DNA of 8,372 nucleotides from a virus (lineage: Duplodnaviria; Heunggongvirae; Uroviricota; Caudoviricetes). The stretch is taken from IMG/VR virus record IMGVR_UViG_2648501110_000007. One strand, written 5' to 3'. The stretch's first letter is position 1; the number at the start of each line of letters is the position of its first letter. Made by a program: the position numbers and the translations under genes. Below the pieces are notes generated by a model that was not told where the DNA came from, searched no databases, and worked only from the letters and a program-made list of their open reading frames with translations. Positions 6,796 through 8,372 of the stretch are shown here, piece after piece.

Positions 6796-8372
6796 ATGGG
6801 TAAAGGCAGCAGTAAGGGGCATACCCCGCGCGAAGCGAAGGACAACCTGAAGTCCACGCAGCTGCTGAGTGTGATCGATGCCATCAGCGAAGGGCCGGTT
6901 GAAGGTCCGGTGGATGGATTAAAAAGCGTGCTGCTGAACAGTACGCCGGTGCTGGACAGTGAGGGGAATACCAATATATCCGGCGTCACGGTGGTGTTCC
7001 GGGCCGGTGAGCAGGAGCAGACACCGCCGGAGGGATTTGAATCCTCCGGCTCCGAGACGGTGCTCGGTACAGAAGTGAAATATGACACGCCGATCACCCG
7101 CGCCATCACGTCGGCAAACATCGACCGACTGCGCCTGACCTTCGGTGTGCAGGCACTGGTGGAAACCACCTCAAAGGGGGACCGGAATCCGTCGGAAGTT
7201 CGCCTGCTGGTTCAGATACAGCGTAATGGTGGCTGGGTGACGGAAAAAGACATCACCATTAAGGGCAAAACCACCTCGCAGTATCTGGCCTCGGTGGTGG
7301 TGGATAACCTGCCGCCGCGCCCGTTTAATATCCGGATGCGCAGAATGACGCCGGACAGCACCACAGACCAGCTGCAGAACAAAACGCTCTGGTCGTCATA
7401 CACCGAAATCATCGATGTGAAACAGGGCTACCCGAACACGGCACTGGTCGGCGTAAAGGTGGATTCGGAGCAGTTCGGCAGCCAGCAGGTGAGCCGTAAT
7501 TATCATCTTCGCGGGCGTATTCTGCAGGTGCCGTCGAACTATAACCCGCAGACGCGGCAATACAGCGGTATCTGGGACGGAACGTTAAAACCGGCATACA
7601 GCAACAACCCGGCCTGGTGTCTGTGGGATATGCTGACCCACCCGCGCTACGGCATGGGGAAACGTCTTGGTGCGGCGGATGTGGATAAATGGGCGCTGTA
7701 TGTCATCGGCCAGTACTGCGACCAGTCGGTGCCGGACGGCTTTGGCGGCACGGAGCCGCGCATTACCTGTAATGCGTACCTGACCACACAGCGTAAGGCG
7801 TGGGATGTGCTCAGTGATTTCTGCTCGGCGATGCGCTGTATGCCGGTATGGAACGGGCAGACGCTGACGTTCGTGCAGGACCGACCATCAGATAAGGTGT
7901 GGACCTATAACCGCAGTAATGTGGTGATGCCGGATGATGGTGCGCCGTTCCGCTACAGCTTCAGCGCCCTGAAGGACCGCCATAATGCCGTTGAGGTGAA
8001 CTGGATTGACCCGAATAACGGCTGGGAGACGGCGACAGAGCTTGTTGAAGATACGCAGGCCATTGCCCGTTACGGCCGTAATGTCACGAAGATGGATGCC
8101 TTTGGTTGTACCAGTCGGGGGCAGGCACACCGAGCCGGGCTGTGGCTGATTAAAACGGAACTGCTGGAAACGCAGACCGTGGATTTCAGCGTGGGCGCAG
8201 AAGGGCTTCGCCATGTGCCGGGCGATGTTATTGAAATCTGCGATGATGACTATGCCGGTATCAGCATCGGTGGTCGCGTGCTGGCGGTGAACAGCCAGAC
8301 CCGGACGCTGACGCTCGACCGTGAAATCACGCTGCCATCCTCCGGCACCACGCTGATAAGCCTGGTTGACGG
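6796..8372 (+). CDS. J: Tail tip / central tail fibre protein J (host specificity), N-terminal 525 codons; 3'-partial, continues past window end
   Basis: Frame is open from ATG 6796 to the window end. Translation MGKGSSKGHTPREAKDNLKSTQLLSVIDAISEGP...LQVPSNYNPQTRQYSGIWDG...VDFSVGAEGLRHVPGDVIEICDDDYAGIS... is near-identical to the lambda gpJ N-terminus. GAGG lies 5 nt upstream of the ATG. Missing from the ORF track because there is no stop in the window. Confidence 0.95.
   Translation, partial: MGKGSSKGHTPREAKDNLKSTQLLSVIDAISEGPVEGPVDGLKSVLLNSTPVLDSEGNTNISGVTVVFRAGEQEQTPPEGFESSGSETVLGTEVKYDTPITRAITSANIDRLRLTFGVQALVETTSKGDRNPSEVRLLVQIQRNGGWVTEKDITIKGKTTSQYLASVVVDNLPPRPFNIRMRRMTPDSTTDQLQNKTLWSSYTEIIDVKQGYPNTALVGVKVDSEQFGSQQVSRNYHLRGRILQVPSNYNPQTRQYSGIWDGTLKPAYSNNPAWCLWDMLTHPRYGMGKRLGAADVDKWALYVIGQYCDQSVPDGFGGTEPRITCNAYLTTQRKAWDVLSDFCSAMRCMPVWNGQTLTFVQDRPSDKVWTYNRSNVVMPDDGAPFRYSFSALKDRHNAVEVNWIDPNNGWETATELVEDTQAIARYGRNVTKMDAFGCTSRGQAHRAGLWLIKTELLETQTVDFSVGAEGLRHVPGDVIEICDDDYAGISIGGRVLAVNSQTRTLTLDREITLPSSGTTLISLVD

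Noticed and set aside
1-8372. Chi sites (GCTGGTGG), CRISPR repeats, tRNA genes or integrase/attachment-site signatures
   Set aside because: A scan by eye found no exact Chi octamer on either strand (nearest are TCTGGTGG near 1160 and ACTGGTGG near 7155), no repeat-spacer array, and no tRNA-like or integrase sequence. The window is essentially wall-to-wall tail structural genes.

Overview
The window is a contiguous, single-strand (+) lambda-type siphovirus tail morphogenesis module in canonical lambda order: a 3' fragment of U (tail terminator), then V (major tail tube), G and the G-T frameshift fusion (tail assembly chaperones), H (tape measure), M, L, K, I (tail tip assembly) and the first 525 codons of J (central tail fibre / host specificity), which runs off the 3' end. 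Products are assigned by comparing the translations with lambda proteins recalled from memory; similarity looks high but not identical, so this is a lambda relative (phage or enterobacterial prophage), not lambda itself. Genes are tightly packed with overlapping stop/start codons, and no moron or cargo gene is inserted between tail genes. I do not see a novel system here: almost everything is explained by the well-characterised lambda tail operon. The one real anomaly is the first 95 bp, where U homology and the U reading frame break off exactly at the end of a Tn5/IS50-end-like sequence that sits beside a perfect 11-bp palindrome. That suggests a transposon/IS junction, a mosaic breakpoint or an assembly artefact truncating U. 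Most minus-strand ORFs in the track are GC-rich antisense shadows of the tail genes and are rejected.
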